64,000 nucleotides of DNA from a candidate division FCPU426 bacterium (GCA_040756875.1 JBFLYH010000003.1:352001-416000), one strand, 5' to 3'. Positions 1-9,430 are shown, counted from the stretch's first letter. Numbers and translations are program-made. The notes: generated from the letters alone by a model not told the origin.

Positions 1-876
1 GGCGGCGCGGATCGCGGCCAGCCCCGGATTGCCGATGGGCCCCGGCGGCAGGCCGAAATGGCGGTAGGTGTTGTAAGGCGAAACCGTCTGCAGATCCTCC
101 AGGCTCAAGCTGCCGGAAAGGCGCCCCTGGCTGTAGAGCACGGTGGCGCAGGATTCCAGGCGCTTGTGGCCGTGCAGGCGGTTGTAAAAAATGGAAGCCA
201 CGATTTCAAGTTCATCGCGGTGCGCCACTTCCCGTTCGAGAATGGAGGCCAGGGTGATGAGCTCAAGCGGTTTCAAGCCCTGGGCCTCGCCGGCCGCGAA
301 CAGGTCCTGTCCCACCTGGGCGTGAAACCGTTCGACCATGCGCCGCGCAATCTCCTTGGGGCTCAGGCCCTTGGTCAAGCGATAGGTGTCTGGAAACAGG
401 AAGCCCTCCAGGCCGGCGGCCGGAACGCCCCATTCCTTGGCCACTTCAGGGTCCCGGACCACTTCCATAAACGCCTCGCGGCCGGCCAGCCCGGCCTGTT
501 CCAGGCGTTCAGCAATTTGAGCTGCGGTAAAGCCTTCGGGCACGGCCAGCGGCCGCTGCACCACATCGCCGGCCACCAGGCGGTGCACGACCTGAGGCAA
601 GGGCTGGCGCGGCGGGAACTCATATTCCCCGGCCTTGAGCCGGCGGGCCGAACCGGTGAGCAGCACATAGGCCCTGAAAGCCCACGGCTGGCGGATCACG
701 TTGGCCTCGTGCAATTGCCGGGCCATGGCCTGCGTCCGCGTTCCAGGCGCGATCTCCACCAGGCGCGCGGACGTCCCGGGCGTTCCGCTTAAAGCCAGCC
801 ACGCCAGCAACCAGAGTACGGCTGCGCCGCACAACGCGATCAGCCACCACCACGGGCGGCGCAGAGAAAGGAACAT
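1..876 (-). CDS. mltG: Endolytic transglycosylase MltG (YceG family), 3' end outside the window
   Basis: Absent from the ORF track because the stop lies outside the window. Manual minus-strand translation from ATG 876 gives an N-terminal TM (MFLSLRRPWWWLIALCGAAVLWLL), LKAGEYEF, LEGFLFPDTYR, TLASILEREV and the C-terminal SPYNTYRHFGLPPGPIGNPG signature. Confidence 0.95.
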   Translation of the reverse strand, partial: MFLSLRRPWWWLIALCGAAVLWLLAWLALSGTPGTSARLVEIAPGTRTQAMARQLHEANVIRQPWAFRAYVLLTGSARRLKAGEYEFPPRQPLPQVVHRLVAGDVVQRPLAVPEGFTAAQIAERLEQAGLAGREAFMEVVRDPEVAKEWGVPAAGLEGFLFPDTYRLTKGLSPKEIARRMVERFHAQVGQDLFAAGEAQGLKPLELITLASILEREVAHRDELEIVASIFYNRLHGHKRLESCATVLYSQGRLSGSLSLEDLQTVSPYNTYRHFGLPPGPIGNPGLAAIRAA

Positions 877-912
877 AAGGATTCTTTCCTTCGATAAGAA
901 TTAACAAAATAT

Positions 913-957
913 CCCCTCTCCCCGGCGACAGCCGCGGGAGAGGGCGAGGGTGAGGGG
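913..957. repeat. REP/BoxC-like GC-rich palindromic element (CCCTCTCCC...GGGAGAGGG-CGAGGGTGAGGGG)
   Basis: Stem CCCTCTCCC/GGGAGAGGG followed by a GAGGGTGAGGGG tail; a degenerate inverted copy lies at 1032-1075. Confidence 0.6.
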
Positions 958-1031
958 TCCAGCAATTCTTTTTAATGCTTGAGGAAATCTGTAGGTAATT
1001 ATCTTCTAATGCTTTCCTTGTTTTAAAGGAG

Positions 1032-1075
1032 CCCCCTCCCCTTCATACCCTCCCGCCATGTCCTGGGGAGGGGAG
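1032..1075. repeat. Degenerate inverted copy of the REP-like element at 913-957
   Basis: CCCCCTCCCCTTCATACCCTCCCGCC...GGGGAGGGG resembles the reverse complement of 913-957. Confidence 0.45.
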
Positions 1076-1128
1076 AAGAGGTGATAGAGCGTTTATATCA
1101 TAGTCGCAGGACAGGTTCAATCTTGGCT

Positions 1129-2529
1129 CTACCGCATGATGGCCAGTTTGCCCCGGCGGGAACGGCCTTCAGGATCGGTAATAATATATAGATAGACTCC
1201 GGAAGCCACGGAACGGCCCTGTTCATTGGTCAACGCCCATTGCGCGCGGCCGTTGTCACCAGGGTTCCGGGTTTGTCCGCCGTCGGCTACCAGGCCGGGC
1301 GCCAGCGTGGTGACGCGGCGGCCATCGAGCGAATAAATGCGGATGGTGGCGTTGAGGCTCAGGTTGAGGAAGATGATCCTGGGCCTCACCCAGGGCAGTT
1401 CGCCGTTCCAGGGATTGGGATAGACAACCACATTCTCCAAATCCGGCGCATTGCGCAGCGGTGTGGGCGATATCGTCATGGTCGGCGTGATCGTGGACGT
1501 GGGGCTGATGGTGCTGGTGGGAGAAATCGTAAAGGTCGGCGTAATGGTCGGCGTGGGCGTTATGGTCGGCGTGGCCGAAGCCGTAGGCGAGGCCGTGCGG
1601 GTCGGCGTAATAGTGGACGTGGGCGTGATCGTCGAAGTGGGGGTGATGGTGGGCGTCGGCGTCGGCGTATAGACCGGCGAATTCGTGCAAGTCGGCGAGA
1701 TGGTGGAAGTCAGGGTAATGGTGGGCGTGGCCGTAAACGTGGGCGAATGGGTGAAGGTTTCGGTCTGAGTGGCCGTGGGCGTGTGCGTGGCGCTCGCGGT
1801 CAGGGTCGGCGTGGGCGTGAAAGTTGGACTGGCTGTCGCAGTCGGCGTAATGGAAGGCGTCGCGGTTGCGGTGGCGGAATGGGTAGCCGTGGGTGTGCCC
1901 GTGAAGGTCGGGCTCTGCGTGGGCGAGGCGGTGATGGTCGGCGTGCCGGTGGTGGTGCGGGTGGCCGTGGGCGAGGCGGTCACGGTAAAAGTCGGCGTGG
2001 GCGGTATTTCCGTGGCGTAAATGCAAACCCGCCAATTGTCCGTGTAATCAGGCGAACCGAACGGATCTGGAAACGCGCCCCACGTGAAGGGCTGACGCCC
2101 GCGCAGTTTGGTGGACGACCCGTCATTGTTATACATGGCGATATACGTTCCCGAGGAGGTGACCTGGAAGCAAAACCAATAAATCACTCCGGAACTCACC
2201 GATACCGTCGAGAGGGGATAAGCATTCCAACCCTCGGCCAGGCTTTGGACGCCGCTTTCCGCGAGCAGATTGCCCGGCACGCCAAAATTATTGTCATAAA
2301 TCGCCACCCGGCCTTGGGCGCCGTTGGGAGTGGTGATGTAGATGTTGATCTGGTTGACCGAACCATCGGACGGGCATTGAAAATAGGACCCAAAGACGCC
2401 GTTGTTGGCATTGATGATATTGCTGTTGCCGGTTCCGGTTTCACCGAAAGTCACGGCGCCGGCCGGCGAAGCCGCCAGCAGCCAGACCATGGCCGCTGCC
2501 CCGAGTCCGCGTTTCATTCCAATCGTCAT
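1129..2529 (-). CDS. Secreted protein: N-terminal beta-rich (DUF4082-like) domain, long Pro/Thr linker, FlgD-Ig/T9SS-like C-terminal sorting domain
   Basis: Signal peptide (MKRGLGAAAMVWLLAASPAGA; start may be 2517), ~180 aa of TPT-type repeats, C-terminus YPNP...IYSLDGRRV...W...NEQGRSVASGVYLY...GKLAIMR. Confidence 0.85.
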   Translation of the reverse strand: MTIGMKRGLGAAAMVWLLAASPAGAVTFGETGTGNSNIINANNGVFGSYFQCPSDGSVNQINIYITTPNGAQGRVAIYDNNFGVPGNLLAESGVQSLAEGWNAYPLSTVSVSSGVIYWFCFQVTSSGTYIAMYNNDGSSTKLRGRQPFTWGAFPDPFGSPDYTDNWRVCIYATEIPPTPTFTVTASPTATRTTTGTPTITASPTQSPTFTGTPTATHSATATATPSITPTATASPTFTPTPTLTASATHTPTATQTETFTHSPTFTATPTITLTSTISPTCTNSPVYTPTPTPTITPTSTITPTSTITPTRTASPTASATPTITPTPTITPTFTISPTSTISPTSTITPTMTISPTPLRNAPDLENVVVYPNPWNGELPWVRPRIIFLNLSLNATIRIYSLDGRRVTTLAPGLVADGGQTRNPGDNGRAQWALTNEQGRSVASGVYLYIITDPEGRSRRGKLAIMR

Positions 2530-2619
2530 AAGACCTTTCCTGCCTTTTCATGCCCTTTCGTTTGTTAAACGAAAGCCAGGGTATGATAATGGCTTCCCCG
2601 CGATCAACCACGGGGAAGT

Positions 2620-3792
2620 TCATTTAAGCGTGATGGCCATTTTCCCCTTTACTAGGCGCCGGCCCTGCTGATCCTCGATCTGCAGGCGGACATAATAAAT
2701 GCCCGGAGCCAAATCCCGGGTTTGCAACTCCAGCACCGCTTCGCCTACCTGGCTGGCAAACGCGTTCCGCAGACCCAGCACCCGTTCTCCGGCCGCATTG
2801 TATACTTCCAAAAGAATAACACCCGGACCGGTAAAACCGCAAGCCAGATGCACGCGATCCCGGCCCGGCTGCGGATAAATCCGCAATCCGCCGGGGTTTT
2901 CGAACCCCGCCCTGGTCGAGGTCATTGAGGGGCTGGGCGAGGCCGCCGGGATGGGCGTTCCGGTCGGACTGACAGCAGGCAGCGGCGTTCCGGTCGGGGA
3001 AATCGAAACCGTCGGCGTGATGGTCGGCGTCGAAGTCGGCGTGTAGACCGGAGAAATCGTGCCGGTCACTGTGATCGTCCTGGTCGGGCTAAAGGTCGCG
3101 GTGCGGGTGCTCGTGGGAGTGGAGGTCGCGGTGGGAGTGCCGGAAGGCGTTGCGGTCCGGCTGACGGTTAGTGTAGGGGTAAATGTAGCGGTGGCGCTGG
3201 CGGTGACGCTGGGCGTGGGCGTGAACGTAGCCGTCCCTACCGCAGGCGTGGGCGTAAAGGTGGCCGTCACCTCGTCGGCATAAATGCAAAAACGCCACGC
3301 TTGGGCTCCGGTGGGGGAGCCGAAAGGATCCGGAAAACCAGCGTAAGTATACGGCCACCGTTCCCGGCTTTTCCAGATGCTGGGGTCATTGTTGTAGATG
3401 CCGACCGTGGCGGCGGCATTGGAAAGCTGGTTGGCCAGCCAGTAGGTTTCCCCCAAAGTCACCGCTGTATCGGGGATCACGAAAGTGTTCCAGCCCGTAA
3501 CCAGGGCTTGTGACCCGCTTTCAGCCAGCAGCGCGCCGGGGAGATTGGTTCCGCCGTTGCCGTACAGAGCCACGCGGCCGCTGGCGCCGGCGGTGATGGG
3601 AACATAAAAGACGATGCGGTTGACCGCACCCGAGGCCGGGCAGGTGAATTGAGTGGCGGTCAGGAAATTCAGGTTGTCGTAGATGGCGTCATTGCCCGTC
3701 CCCTGCTCGCCAAAGGTCACGGCCTCCGCGGCCAGGGCCAGCGGCCAAGAGAGCATGATCAATCCCGCGCCCAACCACCCTCGCAACGGCAT
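2620..3792 (-). CDS. Secreted paralog of 1129-2529 with Pro/Thr linker and T9SS type-A-like C-terminal domain
   Basis: Start placed at MPLRGWLGAG (signal peptide ...ALA-AEA). N-terminal domain alignable with 1129-2529 (AVTFGExGTGN...FxCP...GRVAxY...LLAESG...WRxCIYA). CTD YPQP...YNAAGERV...LAPGIYYV. Confidence 0.85.
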   Translation of the reverse strand: MPLRGWLGAGLIMLSWPLALAAEAVTFGEQGTGNDAIYDNLNFLTATQFTCPASGAVNRIVFYVPITAGASGRVALYGNGGTNLPGALLAESGSQALVTGWNTFVIPDTAVTLGETYWLANQLSNAAATVGIYNNDPSIWKSRERWPYTYAGFPDPFGSPTGAQAWRFCIYADEVTATFTPTPAVGTATFTPTPSVTASATATFTPTLTVSRTATPSGTPTATSTPTSTRTATFSPTRTITVTGTISPVYTPTSTPTITPTVSISPTGTPLPAVSPTGTPIPAASPSPSMTSTRAGFENPGGLRIYPQPGRDRVHLACGFTGPGVILLEVYNAAGERVLGLRNAFASQVGEAVLELQTRDLAPGIYYVRLQIEDQQGRRLVKGKMAITLK

Positions 3793-3805
3793 GCTTCCCC
3801 CGTAA

Positions 3806-5686
3806 TTAACGCACCACCACGAATTTGTTCTTGAGCAGCCGCTTCCCGGCCGCATCCTCCACCTTCAACATCACGTAATACACGCCGGGTGCAAGCGAGC
3901 GGATGTCCAGGTCTGTCACCGCGTTGCCTCGCTGGGCTTGGGGTTGCGCTTCCACGCTGGCCACGGTCTCTCCCACCGCATTAAAAACCACGATCCGGAC
4001 GCTGCCCGGCCCGCTGAACCTGTACATGAAGCGCGCCACTTCCCTGGCCGGCTGGGGATAGACCACGCTTTCTTCCGCCTGCAAAACGATCGGGGTGGTC
4101 GTGGAAGTCGGCGTGATGGTGAAGGTCAAGGTCCGCGTGGGCGTCACCGTGGAGGTGGGCGTGATCGTGAGCGTGGGGGTAATCGTGGGCGTGCGGGTGC
4201 GGGTCGGCGTGCGGGTGCGCGTGGGCGTGATCGTCGGGGTGGGCGTGATCGTGGGCGTGGCGGTGCGCGTGGGCGTGATCGTCGGCGTCGGGAAAATGCT
4301 CAGGGCCCGCAACAGGTTGATCCGGCCGCTGCCGATGGCCGTGGGATTGCCCGAATCCACGCTGTCGCAATTGGTCAGAATGCGGGTCCTGATCTGGGCG
4401 GCGGTCATGGAAGGCCAGGCCAGTTTGATCATGGCCGCCAGCGCCGACACCTGCGGGCATGAGAAGGAAGTGCCGTCCACGGCGGACCAGAACCCGGTGT
4501 TGGCGGTGGAAGTAACGCCGTTATCTTCGTACCACCCGGGGGAATATTCCTCCAAAGCTCCGCCCGGCGCCACGCAATCAAGCCGGTCGGCGTTGTACGG
4601 GTTGCAGTAGTTCGAATAATACGTCACGTAATCCTCGGCGTCCGTGGCGCCCACGCTCATGACGCTGGCGTAGCAGGCCGGATACCGCGGAGCGGAGGCG
4701 AGGTTGACGTTCTCGTTTCCGGCCGCCGCCACCATGACCTTGCCCAGCCCGTTCGCGTAATTGACCGCGGTCTGGATGAACGCCGAGTCCGTGCTGGTGG
4801 TAAAGCTCATGCTGATGACGTCGGCGCCGTTGTCCGCGGCCCAGGTGATGCCGTCGCCGATGTCGACGAACGTGCCGCTGGCGTTCAGGTCTAGCACTTT
4901 CACGGGCAGGATCTTGACCCGGTCGTCGTAGGCCGTGCCCGCCACGCCGCTGCTGTTGTTCGCTATGGCCGCGATGGTGCCGGCCGCGTGCGTGCCGTGG
5001 CCGAAAATCTGGCGGGTGCCGAACCAAATGTTGTCGTCATCCGTATTGGTGTTGTTGGCGACGAAGTTGTATCCGGTCAGCAGACGGCCGTTGAACTCCG
5101 CGTGATTCGCGTCCACGCCCGTGTCCAGCAAGGCCACGACCACCTGCTGGACGTTGAAGTAGTAATTCGCCGCCTTAGCCGCGTCCCCGCGCGTGCGGTT
5201 GATCCACCACTGCGCGAAACCGGTCTGGTAGTACGTATCGTTAAAGGAGCTGCCCAAGGGGGTGTAGGTGGTCGACAGGGCCGCGGCATAGACCCGGCCG
5301 TTCGGCTCCGCGACCTCGATCAGCGCATTGTCGCTCATGGCCGCCACGGCCTCGGCCACGGGCTGGCCCGCCGGAAGCTCCAGCAGCTCCCAATCCTTCA
5401 GCCGGGTCCGCTTCTTCACCTGAGTGCGGAAATGGCGGTGAAAGGCGGCTTGGGCCGAGGCCTTGTCCACGGCGCTGGCTTGGACCTGGGCGTTAAAACG
5501 CGCCTTGTCCGAGGCCGAAAATTCGCTCCGGTACTTGACCACCACCTCGCCGGCTACGTAATCCTGCGTTTGCTGACAGGGGTGGGGCAGGCTGGGAAGC
5601 TTGGTTTTGTCCGGCCGGCCGGCGGCCAAGGCCACAGCCGGAAGCAGGGAAACTGCCAGGATCCAAAAGGGCTTTGCAGGGCGCAT
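3806..5686 (-). CDS. Secreted S8 subtilase with propeptide, Pro/Thr linker and T9SS-like CTD
   Basis: Catalytic motifs LLDTG, GHGTHAAG, GTSFSCP; signal peptide MRPAKPFWILAVSLLPAVALA; CTD YPQP...FNAVGE...LAPGVYYV. Confidence 0.92.
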   Translation of the reverse strand: MRPAKPFWILAVSLLPAVALAAGRPDKTKLPSLPHPCQQTQDYVAGEVVVKYRSEFSASDKARFNAQVQASAVDKASAQAAFHRHFRTQVKKRTRLKDWELLELPAGQPVAEAVAAMSDNALIEVAEPNGRVYAAALSTTYTPLGSSFNDTYYQTGFAQWWINRTRGDAAKAANYYFNVQQVVVALLDTGVDANHAEFNGRLLTGYNFVANNTNTDDDNIWFGTRQIFGHGTHAAGTIAAIANNSSGVAGTAYDDRVKILPVKVLDLNASGTFVDIGDGITWAADNGADVISMSFTTSTDSAFIQTAVNYANGLGKVMVAAAGNENVNLASAPRYPACYASVMSVGATDAEDYVTYYSNYCNPYNADRLDCVAPGGALEEYSPGWYEDNGVTSTANTGFWSAVDGTSFSCPQVSALAAMIKLAWPSMTAAQIRTRILTNCDSVDSGNPTAIGSGRINLLRALSIFPTPTITPTRTATPTITPTPTITPTRTRTPTRTRTPTITPTLTITPTSTVTPTRTLTFTITPTSTTTPIVLQAEESVVYPQPAREVARFMYRFSGPGSVRIVVFNAVGETVASVEAQPQAQRGNAVTDLDIRSLAPGVYYVMLKVEDAAGKRLLKNKFVVVR

Positions 5687-5830
5687 GGGCGGACCTCTTT
5701 CCAATGCAGATTGGTTCAAGTATAGCAAGCCTTGTTGGCCTGCCGCAACCGCTTTCCTGTTTACAAACCCGCGCCGCCAAGCCTATAATGGGCCAATTTC
5801 AGCCGTTCGACTCTCAGGAGGAACGCCCCA

Positions 5831-6190
5831 ATGTCCATGCACGCCCATCATGGAGGTCCCAGCGATCTCGGCACGACCAAATCAGGATTAGACCCCACGG
5901 TCGCGGCCGCCTTGGCCTATCTGCTGGGATTTGTCAGCGGCATCCTCTTCTATATCGTGGAAAAAGACAACCCCTTCGTGCGCTTTCACGGGCTGCAATC
6001 CACCATCTTTTTCGGCGGATTGTTCCTGATCGTGGCCGTGTTGCACCAAATTCCCATCCTGGGCTTTATCCTGAACTTCATCCTGCTCATGGCCGCCTTT
6101 GCTGTCTGGCTGTTTCTGATGATCAAGGCCTCGCAGGGCATTGCGTTCAAGCTGCCCTTTATCGGCGACCTCGCGGAACGCAACCTCTAG
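5831..6190 (+). CDS. DUF4870-family membrane protein
   Basis: AALAYLLG, FVRFHGLQS, three hydrophobic segments and C-terminal FKLPFIGDLAE pattern; GGAGG RBS upstream. Confidence 0.85.
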   Translation: MSMHAHHGGPSDLGTTKSGLDPTVAAALAYLLGFVSGILFYIVEKDNPFVRFHGLQSTIFFGGLFLIVAVLHQIPILGFILNFILLMAAFAVWLFLMIKASQGIAFKLPFIGDLAERNL

Positions 6191-6218
6191 GCCGCCCTCG
6201 TTTCAGGAGCCTGTCTGC

Positions 6219-6968
6219 ATGCTGAACGGCCTGCGCATCACAGTGGTGTTGCCCGCCTACAACGCCGCGAAAACCCTGGACCAAACCTACGCGGAAATCC
6301 CGCGCGAGATCGTGGACGACATTCTGCTGGTCGACGACCACAGCCGGGACGAAACCACGTCTAAAGCCCGCCAGTTGGGCATCGAAACCCACGAGCACGC
6401 TTCCAACCTGGGCTACGGCGGCAACCAAAAAACCTGCTACCGCCTGGCCTTGGACAAGCGGGCCGACATCATCGTCATGCTCCATCCTGATTATCAATAC
6501 ACGCCCAAGCTGCTGCGGGCCATGTGCGCCATGATCGCGGATGGCGTCTACGACGTGGTCCTGGGCTCGCGCATTCTCACCGGCGGCGCGCTGCAGGGCG
6601 GCATGCCTTTTTATAAATACCTGAGTAACCGCCTGCTCACGCTCCTGGAAAACTGGCTGCTGGGCGCCAAACTTTCCGAATACCACACCGGTTACCGGGC
6701 TTACCGGCGCGAGGTGCTGGAGAAAATCCCCTTTGACCGTTTCTCCAACGACTTCATCTTCGACAACCAGTTCCTGATCGCGGTGATCCAACAAGGCTGG
6801 CGCCTGGGTGAACTTTCCTGCCCCACCCGTTATTTCCCCGACGCCTCCTCCATCAATTTCAGCCGCAGCCTGCGCTACGGCCTCCTGTGCCTGTGGTACG
6901 CCTGGCTGGCCAGCTGGTCCCTGTTTCCCCGTCGATTCCGCCGGTTTTTCGGCTCGGATTCCCCTTAA
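6219..6968 (+). CDS. Glycosyltransferase family 2 (DPM-synthase-like)
   Basis: VVLPAYN, LVDDHSRD, NLGYGGNQKT, HPDYQY, VLGSR and YHTGYRAY motifs; start moved to MLNGLRITVV after a CAGGAG RBS. Confidence 0.92.
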   Translation: MLNGLRITVVLPAYNAAKTLDQTYAEIPREIVDDILLVDDHSRDETTSKARQLGIETHEHASNLGYGGNQKTCYRLALDKRADIIVMLHPDYQYTPKLLRAMCAMIADGVYDVVLGSRILTGGALQGGMPFYKYLSNRLLTLLENWLLGAKLSEYHTGYRAYRREVLEKIPFDRFSNDFIFDNQFLIAVIQQGWRLGELSCPTRYFPDASSINFSRSLRYGLLCLWYAWLASWSLFPRRFRRFFGSDSP

Positions 6969-7022
6969 ATAACCGTTGTTTTATAGTTTTCAGGGTTTCC
7001 GCACACTTGACGTTAATAACTA

Positions 7023-7031
7023 TGATATAAT
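7023..7031 (+). promoter_or_regulatory. Possible extended -10 promoter element (TGnTATAAT)
   Basis: TGATATAAT in an AT-rich intergenic stretch ~40 nt before the small Cys-rich ORF. Confidence 0.4.
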
Positions 7032-7072
7032 CCTTAGTAGGAATTCTACCTAACGTGAAGGGAGTGGCTCTT

Positions 7073-7273
7073 GTGGAACAGGAATGCGAGTTGCTTTCCA
7101 AATGCGGATTCTTTAGAAAGTATCAAAATACCCGGGAACTCGCCTGCCAGGGATTCATCCTGCAGTATTGCCGGGGTCCTAAAATGAACGATTGCAAGCG
7201 CAAAGAATATCGCAAGCAGCACAATGCGCCGCCAGTGGACGACATGCTGCCGACCGGGGATATTTTTAAATAG
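7073..7273 (+). CDS. Small Cys-rich hypothetical protein (possible metal binding)
   Basis: GTG start after a GAAGGGAG RBS; CELLSKCGFF...YC...CKR...PVDDMLPTG; fills the gap between GT2 and ruvX. Confidence 0.65.
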   Translation: MEQECELLSKCGFFRKYQNTRELACQGFILQYCRGPKMNDCKRKEYRKQHNAPPVDDMLPTGDIFK

Positions 7274-7328
7274 ATAAATTTTTCAACCAGGATATTAAAG
7301 CAGGCGGTACGGCCGAGGCAGCGCCGTA

Positions 7329-7757
7329 TCACCTGCTTTTTTTTTGCCTGTCCAACCAGGTTTGCAGAATCAGGGTGGCAGCCAGTTTGTCCGCTACCGC
7401 CCGTTTCTTGGCGCCGGACATGTTGGTCTCGGACAGAACGCGTTGGGCTGCAGCGGTGGTCAGGCGTTCGTCCGCGTACTCCACCGTAACACCCGCGGCC
7501 AGTGCCAGTTGTTCGCCGAATGCCCGCACCTCTTCCGCAGCCGGCCCTTCTTCCCCGCTCAGGCGCCGGGGCAGCCCCACCACGATGCGGACCACTTGTC
7601 TGTCCCGCACCAAGGCGGCGATTTCGGACATCAGGGTTTTTTCACGATTGGCGAGCACGACCAACGGCTGGGCGGTCAGCCCGAGGGGATCGGACAACGC
7701 CAGCCCGATGCGTCGCGACCCGTAATCCACGCCCAGTACGCGCCCCGGCAAACCCAT
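7329..7757 (-). CDS. ruvX: RuvX/YqgF pre-16S rRNA nuclease (Holliday junction resolvase-like)
   Basis: VLGVDYGSRRIGLALSD, VVGLP, DERLTT and DKLAATLILQ motifs in the last 142 aa of ORF 7329-8726. Confidence 0.93.
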   Translation of the reverse strand: MGLPGRVLGVDYGSRRIGLALSDPLGLTAQPLVVLANREKTLMSEIAALVRDRQVVRIVVGLPRRLSGEEGPAAEEVRAFGEQLALAAGVTVEYADERLTTAAAQRVLSETNMSGAKKRAVADKLAATLILQTWLDRQKKSR

Positions 7758-9430
7758 CACATCCGGCCTGAGCGCAGAATGGCCAGGATCAACAGCAGGC
7801 CGAAGACCCCGGCCAGCACAAACCCGGCCAGGCCCAGCAGGGAAAGCCCTCCCCATTGCGGACCGATCTGTGAAGCCAGGATCCAGGCCGAACCCAGGAT
7901 CAGCGAAGCCACCACCAGGGCCACGGACAGGCGGTTGCCGGTCCGGTCCAAATCGTAGCGAAGCTCCTCCAGGCCTTTGTGCTCGAACTCCATTTTGAAA
8001 TGCCCCCGCTGCAGCTTGTCCAGCAGGTCCTGCAGCCTGCCCGGCAGGCTGGTGAGGAAACGGCGCAGGTCCTGCATTTGCCTGACTGCGCGTTCGGCCA
8101 GCTGGCGGGGCTCGAAACGCCGGCGCAGGATGGCGGTGGCCATTGGCTGCGCGGCTTCGACCAGGTTGAGTTTGGGATTGAGTTTGCGCGCCATGCCTTC
8201 GGCGCCCAAAAAGGTTTTGACCAGCACCACGAAATCCGGCGGCAGTTGGATGCGATGCTTGAGCGAGAGCCCCACAAGTTCCTGGAGGGAGTTGCCCACG
8301 GAAATGCGGGCGACCGGCAGGTCGTAATATTGCTCCAAAAATACGGTCGCATCGCGTGTCAGGGCCCGGCGGTCCAGGTTCTCGTCCGCCGTTCCCAGTC
8401 GCAGGTAGGCGTCCACCAGGGCCTCGGTGTCCTGGTTGGCCAGGGCCAGCAGCATGTCCGTGAACGCGGCCACGGTTTCCCCGTCCAGGCGCCCGACCTG
8501 GCCGGCGTCGATGAAGGCCAGTTTGCCGGCCGGCGTGAGCAGGAAATTGCCCGCGTGCGGGTCGGCGTGGAAAAACCGGTCTTCCAGGGCCATGTAAATG
8601 TAAGCGTCGATCAAGTGCTGGGCCAGCCGCTGCCGCCGTTCGGCGGACAGCTTGGGCAGGGCCTGGTTGAGTTTGCGGCCGGGAATGTACTCGAGGGTCA
8701 GGCAGCGGGGCGTGGAAAGGTTCCAATAAACCTTGGCGAACTGGTAACCCGGACGTTCCTTAAAATTCCTGGCCAGGCGTTCCAGGTTGCGGCCTTCGCG
8801 CAGGAAATCCAGCTCCGCCTGGATCAACTGTTCGAACTCGTCCACGAACTCCACGGGGCGGCGGGGCAGCGCTTCGGGTTGGATGTTTTCCCACGCGCGG
8901 GCGATGACCCGCACGATTTGCAGATCCGACTCCACGCGGCGCCGCAGGTCCGGCCGCTGCAGCTTGACCACGACCTGGTGTCCGTCCCGGGTCACGGCCC
9001 GGTGCACCTGGGCGATCGAAGCCGCAGCCAGCGGCGAAACCTGAAAAGACTTGAAAAGCTGCTGCACCGGCGCGCCCAATTCCGCGCGGATGATTTCCCG
9101 CGGAGTGGGCTGCGTGAACGGCGCCACCCTGTCCTGCAGCTTGGACAATTCCTGCACATACGCCGGCGGCAGCAAATCCGGCCGCATGGACAGCACCTGG
9201 CCCAGCTTGATGAAGGTCGGGCCCAGTTCCTCCAGCATTTGCCGCAGCCTCGTCGGGACGGCGACCTTGGGCTTGACCGGGCGGGAGACCCTGGCCTTGG
9301 CCGGCAGGTAGGCGCCCAAGTGCAGTTGCGACACCAGGAAACCGAAACCGTATTTCGTCAGGATGGTGAGGATTTCACCCAGACGGTTCAGATCCTGGAT
9401 CGCGCTGCCGAGGCCGGCCAGGGGCATCAT
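7757..9430 (-). CDS. AarF/UbiB (ABC1) family atypical protein kinase
   Basis: LGPTFIKLGQ, LAAASIAQVH, VVVKLQRP, ELDFLREG, FFHADPHAGN, IDAGQVG; two C-terminal TM helices. Confidence 0.93.
   Translation of the reverse strand: MMPLAGLGSAIQDLNRLGEILTILTKYGFGFLVSQLHLGAYLPAKARVSRPVKPKVAVPTRLRQMLEELGPTFIKLGQVLSMRPDLLPPAYVQELSKLQDRVAPFTQPTPREIIRAELGAPVQQLFKSFQVSPLAAASIAQVHRAVTRDGHQVVVKLQRPDLRRRVESDLQIVRVIARAWENIQPEALPRRPVEFVDEFEQLIQAELDFLREGRNLERLARNFKERPGYQFAKVYWNLSTPRCLTLEYIPGRKLNQALPKLSAERRQRLAQHLIDAYIYMALEDRFFHADPHAGNFLLTPAGKLAFIDAGQVGRLDGETVAAFTDMLLALANQDTEALVDAYLRLGTADENLDRRALTRDATVFLEQYYDLPVARISVGNSLQELVGLSLKHRIQLPPDFVVLVKTFLGAEGMARKLNPKLNLVEAAQPMATAILRRRFEPRQLAERAVRQMQDLRRFLTSLPGRLQDLLDKLQRGHFKMEFEHKGLEELRYDLDRTGNRLSVALVVASLILGSAWILASQIGPQWGGLSLLGLAGFVLAGVFGLLLILAILRSGRM

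Noticed and set aside
58-792. 244-aa plus-strand ORF
   Set aside because: Antisense shadow of mltG, which is clearly recognisable on the minus strand.
1460-4300. Repetitive GGCGTG-rich DNA as a CRISPR array or non-coding tandem repeat
   Set aside because: The repeats are codon-phased Thr/Pro linkers inside CDSs, with no constant repeat and unique spacer structure.
7007-7012. TTGACG as the -35 for TATAAT at 7026
   Set aside because: The spacer is only 13 nt, so only the extended -10 was retained.
7758-8726. Long N-terminal extension of RuvX (465-aa ORF)
   Set aside because: Overlaps the UbiB-like gene in another frame and has no protein-like features; RuvX starts at ~7757.
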